Below, piece after piece: positions 1 through 12,213 of a DNA stretch of 64,000 bases. The notes beneath the pieces were generated by a model. That model saw nothing but the letters and a program-made list of their open reading frames with translations. It did no database searches and was not told the origin of the DNA. Within the stretch, counting starts at the first letter, position 1. Each line of letters opens with the position of its first letter. Source of the stretch: Octopus vulgaris (taxonomy: Eukaryota); NCBI GenBank assembly GCA_951406725.2, contig OX597827.1, forward strand, positions 66,650,001 through 66,714,000, given 5' to 3'. Position numbers and translations under genes: made by a program.

Positions 1-228
1 CCACCAGCTAAATGACTGAACCAATTAACATCAAACATAATCTGAACTTTTAAGAAAATGTTTATGTATTTCCGTGTATAAATAATGTGAGTGCGTTTCT
101 ATGAATACGTATGTATATGTATAGCGGAATGTGCATTTAAGAATAGATACGTAAGTGTACAACAACCAATAACCACATATAATTACTTACACAAGCGTAT
201 ACATATGTACAAGTGTTCAAGTGTATGA

Positions 229-273
<45 letters not shown>

Positions 274-323
274 CATACATACATAAATACATGCATACAC
301 ACACTCACACACACACACATATA

Positions 324-362
<39 letters not shown>

Positions 363-363
363 G

Positions 364-430
<67 letters not shown>

Positions 431-760
431 AGGGTAATATTACTAAATATTTTATACCAGTGGTTAGCATGCGTAATAAGATTCAGAAGACATAAATATT
501 CCTTACATATAATAGTCTATGAAGTACTTCTTACATATAATAGTGTATGAAATATACACGGAGAAAACACCATCATGTGGAATTGTTTACATGATAAAAA
601 TGGCACTCATAGCCATAAAGCACGAAAAATCATTCTTGCATTAAAGCACATTCTTTGTACGCGAACAAGACATTTATTAATTCATTCATTAGTTAATTAA
701 TTCAGTAATTAGTCATCCGTAGCTCTTCTGTAAGGTCACTGAAAATGTATGAATACGAGG

Positions 761-895
761 CTACAGTTTGTACCGAGGACACAGTATATAAGTGCATTCA
801 GTTTCATATTTACATATAAAGAATTCCAATGCAATGCCTTCAACAAACGTGCAAAAACTAGAGCTGTAAAGCAGTGAATAAATTCGAACATGCTC
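761..895 (-). CDS. Putative terminal coding exon of an unidentified gene ([44 protein letters not shown])
   Basis: Acceptor tttatag|GAG at 896/895; 45 open codons ending in TAG at 763-761; AATAAA on the minus strand at 678-673; phase 0 matches the donor of the exon at 1359-1611. Confidence 0.45.
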   Translation of the reverse strand, partial: EHVRIYSLLYSSSFCTFVEGIALEFFICKYETECTYILCPRYKL

Positions 896-963
896 CTATA
901 AATATGGACCCATATATATGTCAATGTTTCTACATACATACAGACACAGACAAACACACACAC

Positions 964-1014
<51 letters not shown>

Positions 1015-1150
1015 CATACATAAATATACATTTAGAGGTATCTTTATGCATATTTAGATATATATATATACATATATACATATATATATATATACGTATA
1101 TATGTTTATTTACATTCACACACACAGATATATATGTATATATATATATA

Positions 1151-1251
<101 letters not shown>

Positions 1252-1266
1252 ATATACATATATATA

Positions 1267-1331
<65 letters not shown>

Positions 1332-1358
1332 TAATATATATACATATATATGGATTAC

Positions 1359-1611
1359 AGTGTACAGCAGATAATCAGTAATCATACTCCAGGGCAACAC
1401 TGCCTCTATAACACATAAGTATTCCCGATGTATCTGGTTTATGTTAAACAGAAATTTCAGTAACCTCTTCACTGCTATCCTCACAGGGACATCACAATCG
1501 ACAATATTGTCAGGCTTATTAAATAAATAGGCGTAGATAATTTTCAGTTTAGTGTACGGATATTCGTCCATAATACCTTGCGTATTAACGGGTACCAAGG
1601 AAGTCCGAAAG
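1359..1611 (-). CDS. Putative internal coding exon, unidentified family ([84 protein letters not shown])
   Basis: Unique-sequence island between microsatellites; acceptor ctgtag|C at 1612/1611; 84 open codons; donor ACT|gtaatc at 1359/1358; similar to decayed paralogs elsewhere in the window. Confidence 0.55.
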
Positions 1612-1875
1612 CTACAGATGTAATTTATTACACTACTGGTACTGTCTCACACACAATCACACAAACACATACATACACACATATAGCTCCAGCATCATAG
1701 ATATCTATATATAAAGGCATATATATGCACGCATACATATGTATGTATATATTTGTACATATCCACATGAATGCCAAACTGTGTATACTGTTACAATTTC
1801 AGATCATTGTTGACGCTAACCATGGATCGAACATCTCGTATGTATATATATATATGTTTATCTATTTATCTGTCA

Positions 1876-1936
<61 letters not shown>

Positions 1937-1938
1937 CC

Positions 1939-2039
<101 letters not shown>

Positions 2040-2079
2040 TATATTTATACACACACACTCACACACATATTTATATATA

Positions 2080-2270
2080 TAGGGAGAGTTTATGAAAAAA
2101 ACAAAAGACGAATACAAGTGGTGTACAAAACAAACAGATGTATTAGTATAACGCTCAGGAATAGAAAAAGTCTTTTACGTTTCGAGCCTACGCTCTTCTA
2201 CACAAAGGGACACAGAAAAAACAAGGAGAGAAAAAAGAATGTGTGTAGTGGCTACGATCTATCATGGCGA
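2080..2270 (-). mobile_element. Penelope-like pseudo-LTR remnant with degenerate minimal hammerhead (GAGC-gtag-GCTC-GAAAC-GTA)
   Basis: Same repeat recurs on + at about 16900-17055 and partially at 37449-37498; adjacent to (TA)n. Confidence 0.5.
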
Positions 2271-2382
2271 TAGTTTTGTATAATTGTGTACAGAGGGATA
2301 TATATTATTCAATACATACACACATACATACGTACATATATATAACGAACTAACTGTTACTTTCTCAGATGCAGCACGAATA

Positions 2383-2432
2383 TTTGTCAGTGAACAGGTC
2401 GCGGTCTTATAGCGACGAAATGTTTTGACAAA
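2383..2432 (+). ncRNA. Degenerate type I hammerhead motif (core mutated)
   Basis: 7-bp stem I TTTGTCA/TGACAAA; stem II GTCGC/GCGAC; GAAA present; the CUGANGA position reads GTGAACA. Confidence 0.45.
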
Positions 2433-2652
2433 TTAAACTTAAATGTTGAAGTGAATCGAACGGCTTTTGCGTGTTACTTAAATGGTTTACAAACACCTTC
2501 CACGCTGCAAGTTTTTTTTATGTTTTATTTATATTCTTATAATATGAATGTAGGATATATAATCTATAGTATAAATAATATATATATAGTAAAAGGAAAT
2601 GAAGTATTGATTGTCTTATTGAATAGATGAAATATTGAATATCAAATATTAA

Positions 2653-2695
2653 GAGACTATTATAATTTCTGCATTTAAGCAGTCTTCAAGGTCCC
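2653..2695 (-). ncRNA. Minimal type I hammerhead ribozyme variant
   Basis: Minus strand reads GGGAC-CTTGAAGA-cTGCttaaatGCA-GAA-ATTATAAT-A-GTCTC: stem I pairs, stem III is palindromic, AUA triplet, 1-nt insertion in the core. Confidence 0.55.
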
Positions 2696-2717
2696 AGGTG
2701 GTGACAGGAATGTTTCA

Positions 2718-2779
<62 letters not shown>

Positions 2780-2840
2780 TAGCATATCCTATCTTATATA
2801 TTACTAAACTACATTGGTATGTGGAGTTGCAACGGACCAG

Positions 2841-3003
2841 TGTATTTCAAAGGGCCAGCTTTATCAGACTGTGTGTCACGCTGAATATACCCGAGAAGTA
2901 CGTTAAGTGTACACGTCTCTGTGTACACCTTAATTTCACAAGCAAGCTGATTTGTTGATCGGTTTAACTGGAGCCGTCGTCATCGCAACCGACGGAATGC
3001 CAC
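2841..3003 (+). mobile_element. Diverged 3' fragment of the tRNA(Arg)-like SINE family
   Basis: Aligns by eye to the 3' half of the copies at 6174, 20804 and 55441. Confidence 0.75.
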
Positions 3004-3024
3004 GATATAGATATAGCTGGCGTA

Positions 3025-3290
3025 CATGTCTTTTCAACGAAATCTTATTATTTCTAATGCATGTTTGGTTGAGCAATAGGTAGAATGAGACGAAAATTTT
3101 TTTTTCCATACGGTAATCAATTTGAGCATTCATTTGCGCTAGCTATGATCCCTGTTTGTCATAAATATTTTATTAATCCATTAAGTTCTCTGCAGTTTGA
3201 ATGTATTAAGTTACTAATGAATAAAAGAATGAAATTTAACGACCATATATGAAATATTACTTGCACCAATATACTAAATAATCAGCAATG
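3025..3290 (-). pseudogene. Decayed paralog of the unidentified family
   Basis: One frame reads FHIWSLNFILLFISNLIHSNCRELNGLIKYL*...*LPYGKKNFRLILPI, matching the HI..L.[IV]SN and P..NFR[LM]I motifs of other copies. Confidence 0.4.
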
Positions 3291-3892
3291 ACGTTAAAAT
3301 AATAGCACAAGAAATATATTTTACCATTTTCACGGTCCGAGTTGCGAATTATGTGACGGTAGTATTCTGAAAGAAGTTTATACCTTTCACACATATTAGT
3401 GATTAAACCTACTTCGATTGTATGTTTGTTACTAAATATTGACCTTTTATGATACCTTCATTAATAACACTTATATTCAGCAACATACGTTCATCAGCAG
3501 AGAGGAGGAACCTGTTCAATCAATGTTTTTTTCATATTATGAAAAGAAACACGTAATTTGTTAATTGCTTTATCGGATTATTATTCATTGCAGAGACAAG
3601 GAATGTATCTTAAATATGTTTCATTCATATAATACTTTAACTTGTTCCGTGACAATAATACTCAGAAATTCATATTACGCGTTGACACAGAAACATAAGT
3701 AGATGCACATACGCACACACAATCACAAATGCATACATACTTATAGAGGCATTTGTGTGTGCGCACCTCTTTACTGCACTTTTCTATTTGTTGCACTCTA
3801 GTATTTATCTTACTCGTATCCATGTATAAATTTATGTGTGTATATATTGCAGAGCATGTATGTGTTTCTCAGTGCCTATGAATGATTTTATA

Positions 3893-3928
<36 letters not shown>

Positions 3929-4077
3929 CTCGTATATATATATATATATGTGTGTGGGTGTGTGTATATATAAACACATGTATATATATATATATGCATA
4001 TAGCTATTTGTATTTGTGTGTGGCGGGTGCGAGCGTGTATTCTAAGCATGTGTATGTTTATGCATGCCTATAATAGA

Positions 4078-4566
4078 TTCATGCATGATGTGAAATCTAT
4101 GAATACACCGAAATTGTGGGCCATATCCTTGTTACGCACGAACGATCAACACATTGAAATGTTATCGAATGCCTTGAATTTCAGTGTAATAATATGGAAA
4201 TATCTTCACGCTCATGTTTGTACAACAATACATAGGCCCAAAGTGTATAAAGGCCATTGTAAAACGTAATATTCCCCATATATATTTGTCTTCACACTGT
4301 ATCTATCAAGAATCCAAACTGGAGAAGTTTCCTCTCGTGGAAATTATGTTTGAAATTATCTCAAAAGGTTCACAATATTAGCCCTAGAATAAACGTTAAT
4401 TAGCAACAATCAGCAACAGTTTCAAGAAGCTGCTGAAGGGATTAGTTAGGATTTTTGTAGAGCAGCTTGATAATTGTATCACGACAAGGAAGCTGTGTTT
4501 TCCTTGGCTTTGCAAATTTCGAACTATTTCCCGTCCACAACATCGCTGTAGTATCATTATGCAGTA
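4078..4566 (+). pseudogene. Decayed paralog of the unidentified family (inverted orientation)
   Basis: RTNDQHIEMLSNALNFSV ... LEKFPLVEIMF ... FKKLLKGLVRIF ... CFPW, with stops and a frameshift; motif spacing matches the exon at 1359-1611 (YP ... VKRLLK ... VLPW). Confidence 0.4.
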
Positions 4567-4600
4567 ACGAGATGAAAAAAACGATCGAAGAACCAGAAAC

Positions 4601-4713
4601 TATTACAAAAGCATTACGTCTGACTTCCCAATAATTCTGCCGTTCTACCGTCTTTACCGACTACAAAAGGATTACGTCTGACACCCGAACAATTCCGCTG
4701 TTCTACCGCCTTG
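4601..4713. repeat. Two-copy ~58-bp tandem duplication of a degenerate SINE head
   Basis: a(t/c)tacaaaag(c/g)attacgtctgac...gttctaccg occurs twice. Confidence 0.7.
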
Positions 4714-5481
4714 GGATAGTACGTTCTATAACGAAAAAAAATAGCGGATATAAGTTGATACTCAAGGGATTCGAAAGCAGATTTGAGTGACATGGAATAA
4801 TATCACGGGACACCGAATCGCTGCCCTTCATGTAAGAGAGAGCAAAAACGAAAAAAAAAAAATTAAACGTGTAGACTGTGCTGTCTACTTATGCTTTAGA
4901 TAACAAACATGACGTTCACACGCAAATTAACAATGGAATGAGGCGGACAATTTCAGGTATGTACCAGCACAACATGTACACCTGTCCAAGTGGTATAACG
5001 ACTGTTCGAACATATAGTAACATATTACATAAAAAGAACGGTCAAATATCTCCAACTGAGTGTTCAGTACACACTTATAGGTCTTACCCGAAAATGTCTA
5101 TGCTTCTTTATCCAAGTTAGCATTCTCTGTCCAATAACTGTTTAAATGTTCACAATTAGAATTGAGAATTAGTAGAACTCTTCTCCGTACATTGTCTTTT
5201 AAAACAATATTACCTGTGAATATTTCTAATCCATTTTAATCGATGTGAACGTGTTTTCAAAATATAATGTAGTGTTAGTGCGTGGCAGTTCACTACAGCG
5301 CAAACGTGTGAGTACACACCATGGATATTTCTTTCTTTCCCTCAATGTATTTATATCTTTCATAGGAGATATGACATATATTGTTGTGGATTACGAAATC
5401 CAGTTATATACATGAGAAGAATTTCAGTTGATGTCTACATATAATATATACTAGTGACGCAAGAACAAAATTGATACATAT

Positions 5482-5742
5482 AAATAAAATAAAGGCGCCC
5501 TTTTAAAGCCTAGCCAGGCTCATGGGCCCGGTTTCCCGGTTTCAATGGCGTATGTGTTCCCCAGCTGGACGGGTCGCCAGTCCATCGCAGCGTTACTCAT
5601 TTTTGCCAGCTGAGTGGACTGGAGCAATGTGAAATGAAGTGTTTTGCTCAAGAACAAAAGCACGTTGCCCGGTCCAGGATTCGAAACCACAAGCTTACGA
5701 TCATGATGCTGACAACCTAACCACTAAGCCAAGCACCTCCAC
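5482..5742 (-). mobile_element. tRNA-derived SINE with CORE-like and V-domain-like segments
   Basis: Minus strand has A box TGGCTTAGTGG, B-box-like GTTTCGAATCC, then cttgagcaaaacactt and ctgcgatggactggcgacccgtccag; partial TSD atacatat at 5474-5481 and 5749-5756. Confidence 0.8.
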
Positions 5743-6173
5743 AATTTAATACATATCGGATCCTAAATGATTATAATTCCATTCGTGGTATCACATTTAA
5801 ACGATATTCCCTCCCCTATAGTAAGTAGTGTCTTGTATTCAAGGACTCATAAGAACTATTTCCCAATTTTCATGGCTTGTAAGTGACCGAATTGAGAAAA
5901 TTCCCTCTCGCCATCCCATCGCAAGTTCCAGTTACAAACGTTTTTTCAATAGCGAAAAGCGTCGGCCGTGACGGAAGGCGAAACCACAACCTTGAGATTG
6001 CATGTGCAACACCCTAAACACTAAATCACGCGCTATTGCATTCCATATGAAGTCGTGGTATTGAAAGTATCTAGAAATAATTATTGCTTATATACTGTAC
6101 TATTACAGTTCATTCCGGGCTGAATATATCACATGACGAAATGTGTAGCCACACTTTTGTACTTTAGGCATAC

Positions 6174-6550
6174 GGAGGCGCAATGGCCCAGTGGTTAGGG
6201 CAGCGGACTCGCGGTCATAGGATCGCGGTTTCGATTCCCAGACCGGGCGTTGAGAGTGTTTATTGAGCGAAAACACCTAAAGCTCCACGAGGCTCCGGCA
6301 GGGGATGGTGGTGATCCTTGCTGTACTCTTTCCCCACAACTCTCTCTCACTTCCTGTTTCTGTTGTACTTGTATTTCAAAGGGCCGGCCTTGTCGCTCTC
6401 TGTGTCACGCTGAATATCCCCTAGAACTACGTTAAGGGTACACGTGTCTGTGGAGTGCTCAGCCACTTACACGTTAATTTCACGAGCAGGCTGTTCCGTT
6501 GATTCGGATCAGCCGGAACCCTCGTCAACGTAACCGACGGAGTGCTTCCA
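6174..6550 (+). mobile_element. Full-length tRNA(Arg)-like SINE (octopus OR-type), inserted into the tail of another SINE
   Basis: A box TGGCCCAGTGG, B-box-like GTTTCGATTCC; TSD actttaggca at 6161-6170 and 6550-6559; near-identical copies at 20804 and 55441. Confidence 0.9.
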
Positions 6551-6910
6551 CTTTAGGCACAAACCCCGAAATTTTGAGGGACGGGGCCAATCGAGGAGAC
6601 TGACCTCTGTACGCAACTGGTACATAATGTATCGACCCCGAAATAATGAAAGGCAAAGTTGACTTCGGCGGAATTTGAACTCAGAATGTAAAGATAGAGG
6701 AAATACCTATTTCTTTACTACCCATAAGGAGCTAAACACAGAAAGGACAAAGAAGGACAGACAAAGAGATTAAGTCGATTACATCGACCCCAGTGCGTAA
6801 CTGGTACTTAATTTATCGACACCTCGGCAGAATTTGAACTCAGAACATAACGGCAGGAGAAATATGGCTGCGCATTTCGCCCGGCGAGCTTACGATTCTG
6901 CCAGCTCGCC
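6551..6910 (-). mobile_element. Nested pair of Meta-domain-like SINEs (subfamily B inside subfamily A)
   Basis: Shared body gtcgactttgcctttcatcctttcggggtcgataa; junction aaatac|ctatttc at 6706/6707. Confidence 0.8.
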
Positions 6911-7169
6911 ACCATACAGCCATACTTGAATCATACATCCTCCCTGTTATTATTACTAAATCCCTGTCAGGCATTTATGGTCACTCTAACAGTAGTGAAC
7001 AACAGGACGAACTGGATCTTAGGCTTGGGGATTTCTGCAACTTAACGAAGGCTAGTTTTAGTGTCAGACACACAACAGAGTATGAAGAGTGAACTAAATA
7101 TAGTCAACATAGAACAGAGATTCCAAGGGCTATATCATTACAAGCAGCTTCTTTGATGCCACTGGGAAA

Positions 7170-7750
7170 GTATTGGGCGGAGGGAGGAATAAAATGAGGA
7201 TGAAGAACAAGAAAAATATATAATGATATTGAGGGTGAAGGGGAAACATTTGAAGACGAAATTAATGAAGAAGAGGTAAGAGGAGGAAGAGGAAAAGTAG
7301 AGACAAATGTAGGAGGACAAGAATGAAAAGAACAAGAAGAAGAGGAGGGGGAAAAGAAATCTAAGAAGCAGAAGAAGAGGAAAATAATACGAAGAAGGAG
7401 AAGGGGAACAGAAGTAGGAAGAAGGAGAACATGAAGAAGAAAAGAATATGATAAAGGAGAAGAAGAAGAAGAAGAAGAAGGAGGAGGCGGAGGAGGGGAA
7501 GAAGAGAAGAAAAGAAAGGAGAAGAAGAAGAGGAAAATAATACGAAGAAGGAGAAGAGGAAAATGAAGAAGAAGAAGCAAAGAATATGATAAAGAAGAAG
7601 AGGAAGAAGAAGTAGAGGAGGAAGGGGAGAAAAGAAAGGAGAAGAAGAAGAAGAAAAAGTAGAAGAAGAGGAAAAGGAGAGAGAAGAAGAAGAAAGGAAG
7701 AACAACAACAACAGCGAAAACAAGAACAAGTTCTAGAACAAGAACATGAA
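7170..7750. repeat. Purine-rich (GAA/GGA)n low-complexity tract with internal ~140-150-bp duplication
   Basis: Plus strand is almost all purine; gaagaggaaaataatacgaagaaggagaag and aagaatatgataaag each occur twice. Confidence 0.85.
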
Positions 7751-8199
7751 GTGGGAGACAAAACTTGCAAAACAATATGCCTGAGCAGTCTAATATCTCC
7801 AAAGTACATTGTTCATTTATTCTCATTTATAAAAAAAAAAATAGAAACTATTTAGCGTGTCCTGGAAAATTCAATACAATGAAGACACCTCCACACTGAC
7901 AATACAGACCGTGGCATAATGTCTACGTTATTGCTTTTAATGATATTAGAAGAAAATGTGCGTGATAAAGTAACAAAATATTACACACACACACACAAAC
8001 AAAAAATAAAAATAGGAAAAGAAGTTTAGAGAATTTATACTATATAAATATTACGTTTCGGTTATTGGAAATAGTAAAATTGAGTGCTTGCAGTCGGATA
8101 AGTCTATAAAGTGTGCAAAAGTGAAATACTGAATTAGAAATCGAAAGATATCGAAAAATACATCATCCGAAATAAAATGTAGAAAAGCAAAAAAAAAAA

Positions 8200-8237
<38 letters not shown>

Positions 8238-8464
8238 GTGAAAGAAGACAAGATAGTAAAAGATGGGAAATAATCGTGTATTTGTGTATAGAGAGTTCAT
8301 TTGAAAAGAAATGAAATGCAAGATAAATGTGGAGATGATCTATTGAGTATTTAAAATATCGGTAGAAGATTTGAAACGTTTATTGGATTATTGAATATTC
8401 TCGTAGTCTCATATACTTCATTCGCAAGGGAAATCAGTACAAGTCTATATCACCGTGGTAGTGT

Positions 8465-8533
<69 letters not shown>

Positions 8534-8594
8534 TGTGTGTATATGCACATGTGTGTGCGTATTTGCGGATGTGCTTATGTCTCTGTGTGCACGT

Positions 8595-8810
8595 AACTGT
8601 GAGGTAAGTAGTTTGCTGCTCAATCAAACGTTTTCTGGTTTCGGATTCAGCAGTCCCGCTATTTGGCACCTACTGTATTTGATTTCAACTGTAGCACCAG
8701 GCAGACGAAACCCTTGGGGGTGTATCTCGTAGACGAAAGCTATATTTATGTGCACATGTGTGTGTGTTTGTGTGTGTTTCTGGTTGTCTGCCACTACTGC
8801 TTGTCAACTG
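8595..8810 (+). mobile_element. Degenerate copy of the microsatellite-containing CORE-like SINE
   Basis: ctgtgaggtaagtagtttgct ... gtagacgaaa ... cttgtcaac aligns to better copies at 18150 and 43796. Confidence 0.5.
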
Positions 8811-8824
8811 CCATATATACAAAT

Positions 8825-9255
8825 AAATATGGTAAGTGCTCATGCAGGGAAAAATCAAAATGCACAGTGATGAAACACTTTATGAGCACAAATCTTATAT
8901 ATAATTGTATCTTGCACACAAAGGGTAGACCGTAATTTTACATTGGGCAAACGGCTAATTCATTTCAGTATCATGACCGCAACTATGTCATCAGTTTCAA
9001 GAGAATCAATACGATACATTCAACATCTTTGCCGAATTTTGTATGGCAACTGAAGGAAGACAAAATTAAGTATAACGTAACTTAGTTCACATTAACGCAC
9101 TCAAAACCATACAATATCATTTCCAAGAGATACCGACTCTGTTCCGAGGAATTCCTGTATAATCTGTGGAGGACGACTGAGAATATCATTAAGAGAATTT
9201 CTGAGAGACTCTCAAGATGCCTACACGATTATAAATGTAAATTTGAACAATGCAG
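8825..9255 (+). mobile_element. Penelope-like element GIY-YIG endonuclease remnant
   Basis: Translation CSCREKSKC...NLIYNC...FYIGQTANSF...HSTSLPNFVWQLKE...KPYNIISKRYRLCSEE...SERLSRCLH, with stops and a frameshift; typical PLE C-terminus. Confidence 0.85.
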
Positions 9256-9714
9256 TGGGAATAAATTTGAGTAACTGTTAACATAATTTACATTCAAGAA
9301 TGGATGAATTATGTTTAACATTAACCTCCCCATACTTATAAACAACAAGCAGCTATTTCACTATCTTTGTGATCGAGTGTGCAAGCGCTATGCATTTGTA
9401 CATCTATATCTGTTAACGGTTATTGTTAATACTTTTCTCGCTGTATTGGGTGTTCCTTCGTGTTTTGCATCTGTGGTTTTATTTTAACGAGTTGTATCTA
9501 TTTATCACCTGATGAGACACATCTTAACCGTCGGATGTTCCTGAACCAGTTGTTAGTGTCCCACCCGAGAGGGGGCCGATACCTTCTCACATTGTTCTGG
9601 ACTGACACGACAAATCTCTGTAAGATGCGTCCATGACAGAGAAAGCTTGTCAAACAATCTGCATCTAATTTGGCAATCGTTTGGCGATACCTGCTTAGAG
9701 GCATACGGAAAGTT

Positions 9715-10010
9715 TTCAAAATGTTTTCATCTTCCTCAACACAATCAAGGACTAATCTGCACTTCCTCTAGTAACTCACGGATGATGATTCGATAATTTA
9801 CCTTCACAGCTGCACGCACACCTGTGATATTTTTCTCAGTGCTGCTGATTGCGGCTCTCCCACAACGTTCGTCAATATCAAGGTTTTTTTTCAGCCATTT
9901 TGGAAACGTCTAAAGGACTGGCACACTTGTGTGCCGCTCATACACAGCCCTCCATAGGCTTTGTTTAGACTTCCTAGCAGGTACGCCATGACAACTTTCT
10001 CCGTCATAGT
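9715..10010 (-). mobile_element. Mariner transposase N-terminal (HTH) remnant
   Basis: LNKAYGGLCMSGTQVCQSFRRFQNG*/NLDIDERCGRAAISSTEKNITGVRAAVKVNYRIIIRELLEEVQIS/LDCVEEDENILKT matches the mariner N-terminal pattern. Confidence 0.85.
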
Positions 10011-10200
10011 CAATGCGACGATCAAACGCTACACACCTTCCTTCCCAGCAGTGCTGTAAACAGAGGAATCGAGCTAGAACGTTAACACTTAGTGAGAATG
10101 GAGGGCAGAATATAAGAAAAATGTGTGCCAAGAGGCTTTACTCTGGGTACTTTAGATTCATTACTATAGCAACAGTCTGAATATTTATTGATCAAACCTC

Positions 10201-10236
<36 letters not shown>

Positions 10237-10252
10237 GTGTGTGTGTGTGTGT

Positions 10253-10500
10253 GGCGGCGTAATGGCCTAGTGGTTATGGCGTAAGATCGCGGTTACGATT
10301 CCCAGACCGGGCGTTGTGAGTGTTATTGAGCGAAAACAGCTAAAACTTCACGAGGCTCTGACAGGGGGTGGTGGCGATCCCTGCTGTAATCTTCCACCAC
10401 AACTTCCTCTCATTCTTTCTTCTGTAGGCCTGGTCGCTTAGCCAGCGGGGTGGCATCATTTAAAGGCTAAACCATCTGATAAACTGGTAGGTCACGTGAT
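10253..10500 (+). mobile_element. tRNA(Arg)-like SINE variant (same head, different 3' tail)
   Basis: 5' ~170 bp aligns to the 6174 copy, with a deletion in the tRNA region; the tail is unrelated. Confidence 0.7.
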
Positions 10501-10515
10501 CAAGTTTGATATATA

Positions 10516-10578
<63 letters not shown>

Positions 10579-10754
10579 ATAAATATTAGGGAATAAATCC
10601 AAATTTACAGGGAAAAAAATCAGATTTAGGATTAAATCCAATCTTATAGTAAAATATTATATAATATTAATTAGAGACAAAACCACTATTTTGCAAAACA
10701 AACAAGGAAAGACTTAATCAACACATAAAATTTTAATAAAAAGTCAAAATAACG

Positions 10755-10797
10755 CCACTACAATTGTTTCTTGTCTTGATCGACAATCTTCAGGTGG
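10755..10797 (-). ncRNA. Minimal type I hammerhead ribozyme (mirror copy)
   Basis: Exact reverse complement of 10852-10894. Confidence 0.85.
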
Positions 10798-10851
10798 ACT
10801 TCCAATTTTCAAGTCAGTTTCAAATTTGAAACTGACTTGAAAATTGGAAGT

Positions 10852-10894
10852 CCACCTGAAGATTGTCGATCAAGACAAGAAACAATTGTAGTGG
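10852..10894 (+). ncRNA. Minimal type I hammerhead ribozyme, intact core
   Basis: CCAC-CTGAAGA-TTGTC-gatcaa-GACAA-GAA-ACAATTGT-A^GTGG; predicted cleavage after GUA at 10890; palindromic stem III. Confidence 0.85.
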
Positions 10895-10981
10895 CGGTTT
10901 TTTTTACTTTTTATTAAAATTTTATGTATTGATTAAGTCTTTCCTTGTTTGTTTTGCAAAATAGTGGTTTTGTCTCTAATT

Positions 10982-11020
<39 letters not shown>

Positions 11021-11161
11021 GGAGAAATTATACAAAATGTATAAATAGATTATGAGTAAAGCACCGGCCTAGTTTCGATTACCTATTGTTAACCGTAGAT
11101 TTGTTGCAGGAACAACGTAGTGGTGGATGGGGTAACAGTATTATTAAAATATATGGTATCA

Positions 11162-11404
11162 GTAATAGATTTTATTGTGTACAACTCATGTTTCAACCCG
11201 TTCTGGGTCTCTTCACGTACATCAATAAAGAATCTCACTAGAGATTTCGAGAGTCAGCTATATGTCCATCAAATTCGAGAATTTGATGGACATATAGCGG
11301 TACGTGAGCCGACTCAGGAAATTTCAAGTGAGACTTTTCATTGATGTACACGAAGAGACCCAGAACGGGTCGAAACATGTGTTGTACCCAATAAAATCTA
11401 TTAC
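11162..11404. mobile_element. Fold-back PLE remnant carrying two degenerate hammerheads (11179-11220 minus, 11346-11387 plus)
   Basis: Imperfect palindrome centred at 11277-11278; GTAC-(A/G)(C/T)GAAGA-GACCC-agaac-GGGT(C/T)-GAAAC-ATG(T/A)-GTT-GTAC. Confidence 0.75.
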
Positions 11405-11561
11405 ACACTCCATCTGTTTTATTAAGACTACATAGATATATAAACATTCACATATATATATATATGTATGTATTTATGTTTGTATGTATATGTGTATTTA
11501 AGCTCAACAACAGACGAATACACACACACACGCACACACACTCACAAACACACAATATATA

Positions 11562-12133
11562 TTTCAGAGAGGAGGTGTCGTTCGTATCTATGTCAGTGCA
11601 TAGACATTTCCTTATTTGTTTTGACCTCATTAATGTCAAGATAATCGTATCTTTGTATAAATCAAACAATAATCCTACTTATTTTTCATTACATTTTCGC
11701 CATATACGCTTTTCAAAATACTTCAGTTCATCTTTTATTAATTTACTTGTTATTTATTTTGAGTTTGTTTTTGTATATAAAACTGTTATTGTTTCAATTA
11801 CAGTTTCGTCCTTGTGACATTATCTCTTTCAAGAAACCTCATATCACTCTTTAGATACATTTTTTTAATATCCTTTACACTTGTTTTTTTTTTTTATAGA
11901 GATAAATTCCGAGGAAATATCTTGGCTATAGCTTATTTAATTTTGATTATTTTTCCACTCTTCTCGGTTTTCCAATTTTGTGTTTTACGTACTTGATTTT
12001 TTTTTAACGTATCCTCTTTCTGGTTTCTTTCCATTAATCTCTTTTGTTTTAGGTGTTATCTGTTTTATTGTTTTCTTAGGAGTGACACATTTCAACGTAT
12101 ACAAATCAGTAGACATATCGCACTTTTACATGT
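11562..12133 (-). pseudogene. Decayed Lys-rich exon-like segment
   Basis: Following ctattag|, one frame reads DM*KCDMSTDLYTLKCVTPKKTIKQITPKTKEING...KDELKYFEKRIWRKCNEK*VGLLFDLYKD with multiple stops; phase-compatible with exon 12214-12357. Confidence 0.35.
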
Positions 12134-12213
12134 CTAATAGGTTATTATTTCTGTAATTAAATTACTGAAGTTTTAAAAGTTGATAAAATTTATTACAACT
12201 GCAAAATGTTTAC

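Larger units (their letters stand above)
10577..10988. mobile_element. Fold-back Penelope-like pLTR remnant; spacerless palindrome 10665-10985
   Basis: Arms ~160 bp, centre caaa|tttg at 10824/10825, inner 72 bp per arm perfect; flanked by (TA)n; outer segment recurs inverted at about 23405-23528. Confidence 0.85.

Noticed and set aside
6174-6248. tRNA-Arg-like gene (also at 20804, 55750, 5670 and 45350)
   Set aside because: No proper acceptor stem; each continues into a repeat body, several with TSDs, so they are SINE heads.
7104-7826. 240-aa and 223-aa F/S/L-rich ORFs
   Set aside because: They are the antisense of a purine tract, open in three frames for compositional reasons.
9505-9570. 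CTGATGA-GACAC...GTGTC possible hammerhead
   Set aside because: No GAAA follows the putative stem II.
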